Source of the DNA: a virus | Lineage: Duplodnaviria > Caudoviricetes | IMG/VR virus record: IMGVR_UViG_3300017780_004173 | Coordinates: 1-37,575 of that record | DNA length: 37,575 nucleotides | Direction: 5' to 3' (one strand) | Shown here: one piece after another, positions 9,278-16,332 of the stretch | Layout: each line of letters begins with the position of its first letter | Position numbering within the stretch: the stretch's first letter is position 1 | Program-made: the position numbers and the translations under genes | The notes under the pieces: model-generated | What the model was told of the DNA's origin: nothing | What the model saw: only the letters and a program-made list of their open reading frames with translations | The model's database searches: none

Positions 9278-9464
9278 TGGAGAGGGGCATTTGGGTGGAT
9301 TCAAGGCGTATACGTTCCTTGTTTCCTCCTAGCGATTTGCAGTCGCTACCGAGCATTATGGCCGTGTCTGTTTACTGGCGGCATCTCGGCGTACATTTTG
9401 ATGAATTCTAGTCAGGGTAATTAGTCCCAACATCAACAGACCCACCCAAATGTCTCCCTCCTAA
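9277..9464 (-). ncRNA. Multibranch RNA unit C
   Basis: ~20 bp closing stem around CATTTGGGTGG/CCACCCAAATG; arms TTGATG/CATCAA, CCGAG/CTCGG, TAGCGA-CTGCAAA-TCGCTA, CAAGG/CCTTG. Confidence 0.65.
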
Positions 9465-9474
9465 AGTAATGTTT

Positions 9475-9700
9475 GTAATGGGGTGCTTTGTTGTCTCGGC
9501 GAGGATTTGACTGAGCCTGCCTTACGGCATTTATGTATTATCACCATCACCTTGCGGCAAATTCTGTAGGCTCCGAATCTGTCACCTCGCATGGATACCA
9601 TTCCTGGCCAGTTCTCTACTTGAGTAGCCCTGCTCCTGATTGTACTGTCATGCGTCTACCTATTCCGCCACGAGACAATAAAACATCCCATTACTTCTCT
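9475..9700 (-). ncRNA. tRNA-like RNA unit B with interrupted T-loop
   Basis: 24 bp closing stem; GTGGCGGAATAGGTAGACGC D-arm; GCGAGG-TGAC...GTCAAAT-CCTCGC; GCAA and GTAA tetraloops in the insert. Confidence 0.75.
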
Positions 9701-9708
9701 TTCTATGT

Positions 9709-9808
9709 GTGAAGTGCAGGAGGGGAAGAACTACAAGGCTTAGTCTTTTCGTGTGTACACACGGTAGTTCTATGTGAATTACATGCCTCACCCCCTCCTA
9801 TTCTCCAC
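9709..9808 (-). ncRNA. Structured RNA unit E
   Basis: AGGAGGGG/CCCCTCCT closing stem, AGAACTAC/GTAGTTCT arm, CGTGTGTACACACG palindrome. Confidence 0.55.
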
Positions 9809-9810
9809 GA

Positions 9811-9890
9811 TTTCAAAGTTCTGCTTCTACTAACAAGTGTACTATGGTTTTTCTTCTGTGAAGGGTATTTTCCGCGAGGGTGTGGACAAC
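9811..9890 (-). promoter_or_regulatory. Promoter and boxA-like site for the RNA array
   Basis: GTTGTCCACA box, TTCACA, 15 nt, TACACT (9836-9841), then GAACTTTGAAA (9811-9821). Confidence 0.5.
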
Positions 9891-9985
9891 GGTGTGAGGA
9901 GATTTCTGCACGAATCGTGGAAGCACGCTCTAGCTCCTAACAAACACTGTCCACTCACTCTTTTCTTTTTAGTCGTCTTTCCCAT
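9842..9985 (-). CDS. Hypothetical protein (47 aa, MGKTTKKKRVSGQC...)
   Basis: Translated by hand; its 3' end overlaps the promoter. Confidence 0.45.
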   Translation of the reverse strand: MGKTTKKKRVSGQCLLGARACFHDSCRNLLTPLSTPSRKIPFTEEKP

Positions 9986-10008
9986 AAGAGTTTAGTGTTG
10001 GTTGGTTT

Positions 10009-10470
10009 CTAGTAGCTCGTGTTGAAGGTTTGTAGAACGATTGCGTCTTCAGTTTCTACAATATCTACGATTGCGGTTTCGTGTCCGTCTTCTGTTGTTT
10101 CGCGGAAACCAGAGCTTTCTCCATCATTTGCTACCCATACAGGGGTTGTCTTGCCCATAGTGAAGTCTCCGCCCTTGTACCCTTGGTAGGTCTTTCCTAC
10201 GGCTTCTTTTAGTTTTTCTGCGAATATGGAACCCTCCATCGGTTTCTCGCCTTCGTATTCATTATAGCCAAGCGCGAGTTCACAGTACGAACCGCGCCAG
10301 CTTCCAAGGTAGGTAGGGAAATGTTTGCCATCGTCAAACACAACTGGCTTGTCGTCACTCTTTCCTTCCATTTTCAAGATAAGTTCCCCTAGTGTGAGTT
10401 GTGCGGAAATTTTCATCTCCTCTGCACGCTTCGCGGCAACAGCATTGTCCAAGATTGTCTGTAAGTCCAT
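10009..10470 (-). CDS. Conserved-looking phage hypothetical protein
   Basis: 153 aa; SWRGSYCELAL and GKTYQGYKGGDFTM..TPVWVA motifs. Confidence 0.85.
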   Translation of the reverse strand: MDLQTILDNAVAAKRAEEMKISAQLTLGELILKMEGKSDDKPVVFDDGKHFPTYLGSWRGSYCELALGYNEYEGEKPMEGSIFAEKLKEAVGKTYQGYKGGDFTMGKTTPVWVANDGESSGFRETTEDGHETAIVDIVETEDAIVLQTFNTSY

Positions 10471-10472
10471 AT

Positions 10473-10613
10473 TTAATTCTTTTCTTTAGTGGTAATGGTG
10501 TTCTTCTTTGCTTTTGCCTCGTTTGCGAGCTTGGATATTTCCTTTCGGCGTTCTGGGGAAAGTTTGTTTGCTCGTGCTTTTCCTCCTAGTGCTCCTGCTA
10601 GTTTTGTGTCCAT
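10473..10613 (-). CDS. Small basic GGKARA-type protein, putative DNA binder
   Basis: MDTKLAGALGGKARANKLSPERRKEISK; start re-assigned to ATG 10613. Confidence 0.75.
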   Translation of the reverse strand: MDTKLAGALGGKARANKLSPERRKEISKLANEAKAKKNTITTKEKN

Positions 10614-10614
10614 A

Positions 10615-10854
10615 CTAAACACTATATTGTGCAAGTATCTGGGACTTTGCACCAACTACGTTGATAACAAAACGCCCACCCCACTTACCAGACTCAAGAT
10701 AGACTCGCTTGTTCTCTTTTATGTAAGAGGCCTGAAGATTTGATGCAAGATTTACTGCCTGTATGATTGCCTCGTCCCTGTCTTCGTGACCAAATCCTGT
10801 GTCTGTCTCAACAGAACTTCCGTCAACCCATTCCTTGCTGTAGATAGTGTTCAT
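10615..10854 (-). CDS. Hypothetical protein (79 aa)
   Basis: ORF behind its own promoter. Confidence 0.7.
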   Translation of the reverse strand: MNTIYSKEWVDGSSVETDTGFGHEDRDEAIIQAVNLASNLQASYIKENKRVYLESGKWGGRFVINVVGAKSQILAQYSV

Positions 10855-10880
10855 AGATAAGTTCTTATTGCTATATCTAT

Positions 10881-10927
10881 ACTCTATACCTTACCGCTAA
10901 GGTCGTCAATAGGTGGGTGGGGATAAC
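10881..10927 (-). promoter_or_regulatory. Promoter with palindromic operator in the spacer
   Basis: GTTATCCCCAC box, TTGACG, 17 nt containing ACCTTA-GCGG-TAAGGT, TAGAGT. Confidence 0.65.
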
Positions 10928-10928
10928 G

Positions 10929-11435
10929 CTATTCTTTCTCTAGTAGGGCTTTGTATCGGGCTTCTATTTCTAATAATTCTGGCACGCTCCACTTTTTCGG
11001 AGTCCTGAAAAGTAGGTTCAATTCCCCGAGAATATCTCCTCCATATTTCTCTTGAAGAAAGATTGCGTACACGTCAAGCCTTCCCGAGTGGTACCGATTA
11101 CAGGTAGGGCACTGTCCGTGAACATTGCGTTCGTGATACCAGAGCATATTCCCTCCGAGCTGTTGGTTCTTTTTGTCGGAGTTATGGCGGTAGTGCCCTG
11201 CCTCGGTTGTGGGTGCTCCACAAGTGCAACATCTTGGGTCGCGCGTCCTAATGAACTTTGCAAAAGCAGACCATGCTCTTTCTTTAGCCCTGGAAGGCGA
11301 GATTTGCCTCTGTGCGCCTCTTAAATCCGTATACTGCACTGTTCCTGCTTTTGGCTTCTTTTTCACGCTTGAAGGCTTTTTGAACCCCGTCCGCTTCATT
11401 TGGGAAGTTCCTCGTTTTAGCTCGGTGCGTTTCAT
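10929..11435 (-). CDS. ninG: NinG/Rap-like recombination endonuclease
   Basis: FAKFIRTRD..CCTCG..AGHY..ERNVHGQCPTCN motif. Confidence 0.88.
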   Translation of the reverse strand: MKRTELKRGTSQMKRTGFKKPSSVKKKPKAGTVQYTDLRGAQRQISPSRAKERAWSAFAKFIRTRDPRCCTCGAPTTEAGHYRHNSDKKNQQLGGNMLWYHERNVHGQCPTCNRYHSGRLDVYAIFLQEKYGGDILGELNLLFRTPKKWSVPELLEIEARYKALLEKE

Positions 11436-11536
11436 TTCGTCAGTGCCTCGTACTGTCTGTCAAAATACTCCTGCCATTCTCTTGCGTGTGGTTGAGTTGG
11501 TAGTACGGTAATTCGCTTTGGGTACTCTGGTTCCAT
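11432..11536 (-). CDS. Hypothetical protein (34 aa, MEPEYPKRITV...)
   Basis: Translated by hand; ATGA overlap with ninG. Confidence 0.6.
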   Translation of the reverse strand: MEPEYPKRITVLPTQPHAREWQEYFDRQYEALTK

Positions 11537-11537
11537 A

Positions 11538-12158
11538 CTATTTCAAGCGTCTGTCTTTGCCGTCTATTTTAACCACATCGCACATTTCGGCTATACGGGA
11601 AGCAATTCTGTCTCCAAGCCGTTCGGACAATTCTCCTAGTGAATAGTTCGACGTGATTATTGTTGGTAGTTTCGCCTCATAGCGGAAGTTTAGGATTAGG
11701 TAGAACTGCTCTGCTACCCACTCGCTCATTTTCTCCGCACCTAGGTCGTCTAGGAACAAAAGCCCGTAGAAGTCGAATAGGTACTCAGGCTCATCTTGGT
11801 CGTCAGAGAAATCCTCGCTCTTATTGAAGTTCTTTTTGAGGGTATCTATCAGCCGTGGCGTGTTCCACAGTAGGGACTTGATTGGAAGTACTGCACCATC
11901 AGCCAGGACTCTTGTGGGCCTTTTTTCGGTTCTAACTGTCCCGTCCTCTCCCGTTATTTCGGTGTCTAGGTACTCTGTGGTGTACTCCGTGGCCCTTAGC
12001 AGCGCATAGGCAATGTGCGTCTTACCAGAGCCAACACCACCGTGAATGTACATACCCTTGCGAGTTTCTTTTATCTGCTCAAACAAAGCACGTATATTCT
12101 CAGGAACATCGCGGTAGGATACGTCTTCGTACCGTTTTGGGATTTTAGTAAGAAGCAT
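11538..12158 (-). CDS. DnaC/IstB-like AAA+ helicase loader
   Basis: Walker A GGVGSGKT, Walker B LLFLDDLG, PTIITSN, RIASRI. Confidence 0.92.
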   Translation of the reverse strand: MLLTKIPKRYEDVSYRDVPENIRALFEQIKETRKGMYIHGGVGSGKTHIAYALLRATEYTTEYLDTEITGEDGTVRTEKRPTRVLADGAVLPIKSLLWNTPRLIDTLKKNFNKSEDFSDDQDEPEYLFDFYGLLFLDDLGAEKMSEWVAEQFYLILNFRYEAKLPTIITSNYSLGELSERLGDRIASRIAEMCDVVKIDGKDRRLK

Positions 12159-12900
12159 ATTTATCGTTGTTAGCTTTTAATGGTGCCACGGAAATCTCGT
12201 CGTCGTATCGCTTTTGGTTTAGGAACGTCGCAGGAAGTGGGGTGTACTTACCATCGTCTTTTGTCCAGTCCTTACTTTTTGCGTGTGCAAGCACAGAGGC
12301 TACAATTCGCTCGGACAGTTCTTTGGAGGGTTTGAGCTTGTTCCACGAACGGTACGCTTCTCCCTTGCCTGTCTTCTTCGGGTAGGCACTCCAAAAAGAA
12401 AGAAACTCGGGTGAGTACTCGGACTCCCCCATAGGGGTATCTCTCCTCTCCTTACCTATACTTACCTTACCTATACTAAGTTGACGTTTCGTTAACGTGG
12501 CGTCAACGTCTTCTATTCTGTAGTGTCCTCTCGGTACAGGAATAGCTCTGTCGTCATAAGACTGCGTATATGCGCCATTTGCTCGAATAAAGAGCGTTTG
12601 TTTTAAGTCAAGATATTTTGTTTCTTTGTAAATATCTTTGCGAATGAAGTTGTTTATTCTCCAGTGCTTCACTACACAAACTCCATCACTGAAGTCTATT
12701 ATGAACTTCTTTGCTATGAGCACTTTTAGGTCATCTGGGGCTGCTCCAAGAGCACGCACAATCTTCTTTGGGTTAGATACAAAACCATCATCGTCAGCCC
12801 TTGCGTTCAGGTGAAAGTACAGATTTTGACAGGATACGGGCATATCCATAAAAGCATCTGTGTCTATCACCTCCAAACTGGTCATTCTTCTTTGCGCCAT
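12145..12900 (-). CDS. Phage replication initiator / replisome organiser
   Basis: MAQRRM..DAFMDMP..LYFHL..ADDDGF N-terminus; FWSAYPKK..K..A and PATFLNQKRY C-terminal domain; precedes the DnaC-like gene. Confidence 0.9.
   Translation of the reverse strand: MAQRRMTSLEVIDTDAFMDMPVSCQNLYFHLNARADDDGFVSNPKKIVRALGAAPDDLKVLIAKKFIIDFSDGVCVVKHWRINNFIRKDIYKETKYLDLKQTLFIRANGAYTQSYDDRAIPVPRGHYRIEDVDATLTKRQLSIGKVSIGKERRDTPMGESEYSPEFLSFWSAYPKKTGKGEAYRSWNKLKPSKELSERIVASVLAHAKSKDWTKDDGKYTPLPATFLNQKRYDDEISVAPLKANNDKYASY
12451..12478. repeat. Short tandem iteron-like repeat inside the initiator gene (candidate origin)
   Basis: CTTACCTATACT occurs twice in the linker-coding part of the initiator. Confidence 0.4.
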
Positions 12901-12909
12901 TTGTTGTAG

Positions 12910-12964
12910 GCCCCTATGTTCTGCTCGCGCTTTACGAGTACGAGCAGAACGCAGGGCGTAAAGC
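12910..12964 (-). promoter_or_regulatory. Structured 5' leader (switch/pseudoknot), copy 2
   Basis: GTTCTGCTCG/CGAGCAGAAC stem; loop CGTAAAGC complementary to upstream GCTTTACG; AGGGG about 10 nt before the initiator ATG. Confidence 0.75.
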
Positions 12965-12977
12965 TGTTAATCGCACT

Positions 12978-13029
12978 GACGTAGTATACGTCTTTACATA
13001 TTATACACCTAATGATAAGGTGGGGACAA
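12978..13029. promoter_or_regulatory. Overlapping divergent promoters at the strand switch
   Basis: Plus: TTTACA-17-TAAGGT-7 nt-ATG; minus: TTGTCCCCAC box and TATAAT (13000-13005); GACGTA-GTA-TACGTC palindrome. Confidence 0.55.
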
Positions 13030-13190
13030 TGAAAACAACACGACAAGAAGCAGTGCGCGCTTTACGCGACAAAGGAATGACTTGTATTGAAATAGGCAAG
13101 CTTTTAGGCATTACACGCCAGCGCGTATACCAGCTACTTGACAGTTCCTACCTTGATAAGCGTAAAAAGTTATACAGTTCTCCACGATAG
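13029..13190 (+). CDS. Helix-turn-helix regulator (53 aa)
   Basis: Translated by hand: MKTTRQEAVRALRDKGMTCIEIGKLLGITRQRVYQLLD, a classic HTH. Confidence 0.85.
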   Translation: MKTTRQEAVRALRDKGMTCIEIGKLLGITRQRVYQLLDSSYLDKRKKLYSSPR

Positions 13191-13223
13191 ACGCTTGACA
13201 CCTGTCGGCGCATAGATTAGTAT
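13178..13223 (+). promoter_or_regulatory. Early rightward promoter
   Basis: TTCTCCACG box, TTGACA, 17 nt containing TGTCGG, TAGTAT. Confidence 0.65.
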
Positions 13224-13255
13224 AAGGGTATACCAGAAGATTAACGATAGAAGAT

Positions 13256-13393
13256 ATGGAGAAGACCAAAGTTCGCAAGATGTTTTTAGGCCCACAGGTT
13301 TGTTCATATAGCACAAGCGACTGCACTCCAAATGATGAGTGTGGGTGTGAGCACTTTTACCCAGAGGTGTCGGTAAAGATGAACAAAGTATGA
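13256..13393 (+). CDS. Cys-rich microprotein (45 aa, MEKTKVRKMF...)
   Basis: Translated by hand; ATGA overlap with the next gene. Confidence 0.6.
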   Translation: MEKTKVRKMFLGPQVCSYSTSDCTPNDECGCEHFYPEVSVKMNKV

Positions 13394-13518
13394 GAGACTG
13401 CCCGAACCACTTTGAGAATCTCATTATCTTTGGTGCTTGCGGTATGTGCAAAAAGGTATGGGGACTTGGCACACAACCAGAAGACTTACAAGAAGCACTT
13501 AAACACACAGACGTATGA
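13390..13518 (+). CDS. Zinc-binding microprotein (42 aa, MRDCPNH..CGMC)
   Basis: Translated by hand; ATGA overlaps at both ends. Confidence 0.65.
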   Translation: MRDCPNHFENLIIFGACGMCKKVWGLGTQPEDLQEALKHTDV

Positions 13519-13775
13519 ACCCTCTAGGAGCACCATCAAATGAGAAATACGGCTTCACAGATGCAGAGCGCAAGTATCTCTCTATGAAGCAAATCGCAGA
13601 GAAGAAAGACTACCGACTCGCTTGGATTCTTGCCTTACTCATATTTACTTTTTTTGTGTACTGGTTTGTAGACCGTCCACTGAAGGTTGAGGCACAGAGC
13701 ACCGAATCAAGTATCAAACAAAGCGACTTGCAGATTTACGAGGAATGGGAGGGACAGACGAAAGAAGTTTGCTAG
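13515..13775 (+). CDS. Single-pass membrane protein
   Basis: LAWILALLIFTFFVYWFV hydrophobic segment. Confidence 0.75.
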   Translation: MNPLGAPSNEKYGFTDAERKYLSMKQIAEKKDYRLAWILALLIFTFFVYWFVDRPLKVEAQSTESSIKQSDLQIYEEWEGQTKEVC

Positions 13776-13795
13776 AAGTATCTAACCAAATAAGT

Positions 13796-14365
13796 ATGTC
13801 AAAAACAGAACGTAGGGTACAAACTACAAAAATAGAGAAGAAATGGACGGACAAGAAAACAGGCGAGAAGAAGTCTATGACTATTGACTACGCAAAAGTC
13901 AAAGACCGCCTGAAAGAGTTTCGTGAGGAATGTGCAAACGGTGATATTGACACTCAAGTTACATTCACAAACGGTAAGGTTCTTGTGAAGGCCGTAATCC
14001 TAAAAGACCGCGCTAAAGCTGATGAAACAGCTCGTGGTACAGGACACGCAGTAGGTGATAGCCAAGACGAAAAGGGGCTAGAAAAGACCGAGACTCTAGC
14101 AGTTGGACGCGCACTTGCAATGCTTGGGTATGGGGCAGACGGCGCAATCGCTTCTAGCGAAGAAATGGAGGAATACGGCGAATACCTAAAAGAGAAAAAG
14201 CAAGAGCTTATCCTGTCTATGACCGAGAGGCTGGACGGAGTAAAGAGCCTAGAGGAACTAAAGACCGCGTGGGCCGAAGTACCAGCAGAAGTGAAGAAAG
14301 ACCTTGAAACCAAGAAGGACGAGATGAAAGCAATACTTACCAGCGTAGCGAGTGAAGCCCTATGA
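13796..14365 (+). CDS. Putative single-strand annealing protein (Rad52/Sak-like)
   Basis: YAKVKDRL..F, TGHA, EKTETLAVGRALAMLG; adjacent to exonuclease and SSB; start re-assigned to MSKT. Confidence 0.7.
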   Translation: MSKTERRVQTTKIEKKWTDKKTGEKKSMTIDYAKVKDRLKEFREECANGDIDTQVTFTNGKVLVKAVILKDRAKADETARGTGHAVGDSQDEKGLEKTETLAVGRALAMLGYGADGAIASSEEMEEYGEYLKEKKQELILSMTERLDGVKSLEELKTAWAEVPAEVKKDLETKKDEMKAILTSVASEAL

Positions 14366-14970
14366 TTACCACCAAGTACGATAGCCGAGAAGAATGGCTA
14401 GACGCCCGTAAGGGCAAGATTACAGGCTCACGCTTGAAGGATATTGTGGTAAAGCGTGGGACGGGCAAGAAAATAGGCTTTTACGAGATAATTGCCGAGC
14501 GTCTTGCTATTGAGGAGGACGGAAACGAAAGCCCAATGGATAGGGGTACACGCCTTGAAGCAGAGTGTATGGCTAAGTTTCAAGAGGAGACGGGTAAGGA
14601 GCTCGATACTTCGCTAGTTATTTGGGCTAGAGAGGAGAACGAGAACATCGCTATCTCACCAGATGCGTCAGTACTAGGTGAGAGCGCAGCAGTAGAGGGT
14701 AAGTGCTTATCGTCAGCTCGCCACATTGAAGCGTATCTCACCCAGCAAGTACCAGACGAGTACGAGTACCAGAAGATACAATACTTTGCGGTAAACGGCG
14801 CACTTGAACGGCTTTACTTTGCCTTCTATGACCCGCGTCTAACATATAAGTCATTCTTCTATCTCACGATTGAGCGTGCAGATGTGGAGAAGGAAGTGGA
14901 GGAAATGCTGGCGTACCAGAAGAACGTGCTGGAGGAAGTGGAGGAAATTGTTACAAGACTAAGTTTCTAA
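14362..14970 (+). CDS. YqaJ / lambda-exonuclease family nuclease
   Basis: EWLDARKGKITGS, MDRGTRLE, SPDA, EGKC, YQKIQY. Confidence 0.9.
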   Translation: MITTKYDSREEWLDARKGKITGSRLKDIVVKRGTGKKIGFYEIIAERLAIEEDGNESPMDRGTRLEAECMAKFQEETGKELDTSLVIWAREENENIAISPDASVLGESAAVEGKCLSSARHIEAYLTQQVPDEYEYQKIQYFAVNGALERLYFAFYDPRLTYKSFFYLTIERADVEKEVEEMLAYQKNVLEEVEEIVTRLSF

Positions 14971-14972
14971 TT

Positions 14973-15239
14973 ATGGCAAAAGATAAAGTATTCGCAAAGG
15001 GTTTCTTCGTAGAAAAGCCGAGGGCAGGAGCACCGTCATTCGTTAAAGGTCGCGTGAGTGTAAAAGTATCAGACGCTATCGCATTTCTTAATTCAAACGC
15101 GAACGCTAGTGGATTTGTGAACCTAGACTTGCAAGAGAGTACAGATGGAACAAAGATGTACTTAGCCCTAAACGATTGGAAACCAAACAAAGAGACCGCC
15201 ACAACAGATGAGGATATTGCATCTAGTATTCCGTTCTAA
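14973..15239 (+). CDS. Small SSB-like protein
   Basis: Beta-rich, acidic tail ending IPF; follows the recombination genes. Confidence 0.65.
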   Translation: MAKDKVFAKGFFVEKPRAGAPSFVKGRVSVKVSDAIAFLNSNANASGFVNLDLQESTDGTKMYLALNDWKPNKETATTDEDIASSIPF

Positions 15240-15257
15240 TAGTGTTAAAATGGAGTA

Positions 15258-15899
15258 ATGAAAAAGATTTGCTTCAAATGTAGAGCGGAAAAAGACCTAG
15301 ACGGCTTCTATAAACACCCACAAATGGGAGATGGTCACTTGGGAAAGTGTAAAGAATGTACTAAGAAAGATGCACGAGTCAGAACAATAAAAAGAAAGTG
15401 TCTTGAATGTTTGAAGGAGTTTATGACTTGGCCGACTGAAATTAAAAGAGGTGGAGGTTTGACCTGTTCAAGAACTTGCTACTACAAACGATTTATCAAG
15501 ATAGTTGGACGAGACGAGGCAAGCCCAAACTGGAAAGGAGATGAGGTTGGCAAAACCGCACTTCACAACTGGGTTGAACGTAAACTGGGAAAGCCAAAAA
15601 AATGTGAACATTGTGGTGATACTAAAAAAGGAAAGTATGACTGGGCAAACAAAAGTCAGGAATATAAGAGGGAACTAAGTGATTGGATTCGTCTGTGTAA
15701 GGCTTGTCACGCAAAGTACGATTACCCTACACGTCTTGCAAAATGGAGAGTCAAGATGAAAATAATTGAGCTTAATGGAGAAAATGCTTGTTTTGCCTCA
15801 AAAAGACTTGGTGGCGGTAGTGGACTTATACACGGAAGGTTGAGAAGGGGCTGGACAATAGAAGATGCGTTTACAAAAAAAGTAATTAAGAAAACATAA
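15258..15899 (+). CDS. HNH endonuclease-like protein with zinc fingers
   Basis: CFKC..CKEC, CLEC..CSRTC, LHNWV..CEHC..WAN..WIRLCKACH. Confidence 0.8.
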   Translation: MKKICFKCRAEKDLDGFYKHPQMGDGHLGKCKECTKKDARVRTIKRKCLECLKEFMTWPTEIKRGGGLTCSRTCYYKRFIKIVGRDEASPNWKGDEVGKTALHNWVERKLGKPKKCEHCGDTKKGKYDWANKSQEYKRELSDWIRLCKACHAKYDYPTRLAKWRVKMKIIELNGENACFASKRLGGGSGLIHGRLRRGWTIEDAFTKKVIKKT

Positions 15900-15902
15900 T
15901 GT

Positions 15903-16073
15903 ATGCAATACCAATGGCCCAATGACTCCCGTATCTTTGTACAGAACGAAGATACTCAGGAGCATAAGATATTAGCACCGCGCGAGTCTCAGTCGTTCTA
16001 CTCTCTTGAAGAACTCTTTGAGAGCATCCGAGCAATGGAGAGACAAACGAAGTTCTACCCTAATCGAAAATAG
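15903..16073 (+). CDS. Hypothetical protein (56 aa, MQYQWPNDSRIF...)
   Basis: Translated by hand; fills the gap exactly. Confidence 0.65.
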   Translation: MQYQWPNDSRIFVQNEDTQEHKILAPRESQSFYSLEELFESIRAMERQTKFYPNRK

Positions 16074-16074
16074 T

Positions 16075-16332
16075 ATGGCAAAGAAGACCCAAAAGGATAT
16101 AGTCCTACTGAAACTAAGAGAAGATGGAGAGATTACCAACATATACGCTTTTGAGCACCATATGCTACGTCTCGGTGCAATCATTCACAGCTTGCGTGCA
16201 GATGGCTTGGAGAGAGAGGGAAGCTACATAGAGGGGACTAAGAACTTCCAGTATCGCTGGGTGAACCGACCAAAGAGAATCGTGCGCTGGGAGCAGTTGG
16301 AGAACAACACAGTACGCCCTGTCTATGAGTAA
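16075..16332 (+). CDS. Winged-helix DNA-binding protein
   Basis: TQKDIVL..L..GEIT...A......RLGAIIHSLRADG; start re-assigned to ATG 16075. Confidence 0.75.
   Translation: MAKKTQKDIVLLKLREDGEITNIYAFEHHMLRLGAIIHSLRADGLEREGSYIEGTKNFQYRWVNRPKRIVRWEQLENNTVRPVYE

Noticed and set aside
9284-9306. GGGGCATTTGGGTGGATTCAAGG on plus resembles a tmRNA 5' end
   Set aside because: It is one arm of a long inverted repeat; no matching T-arm/CCA 3' end or tag frame was found, and the array reads on minus
9033-9356. 107 aa minus-strand ORF from the track
   Set aside because: Runs across three stem-enclosed RNA units, has no RBS or recognisable protein features; more likely incidental
9079-9700. CRISPR mini-array from the 21 nt repeats
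   Set aside because: Spacing of 178 and 423 bp is irregular, the spacers are structured and no cas genes are present
8835-9808. Canonical tRNA genes
   Set aside because: No unit gives a standard cloverleaf with an intact T-loop and anticodon arm, so they are reported as tRNA-like ncRNA
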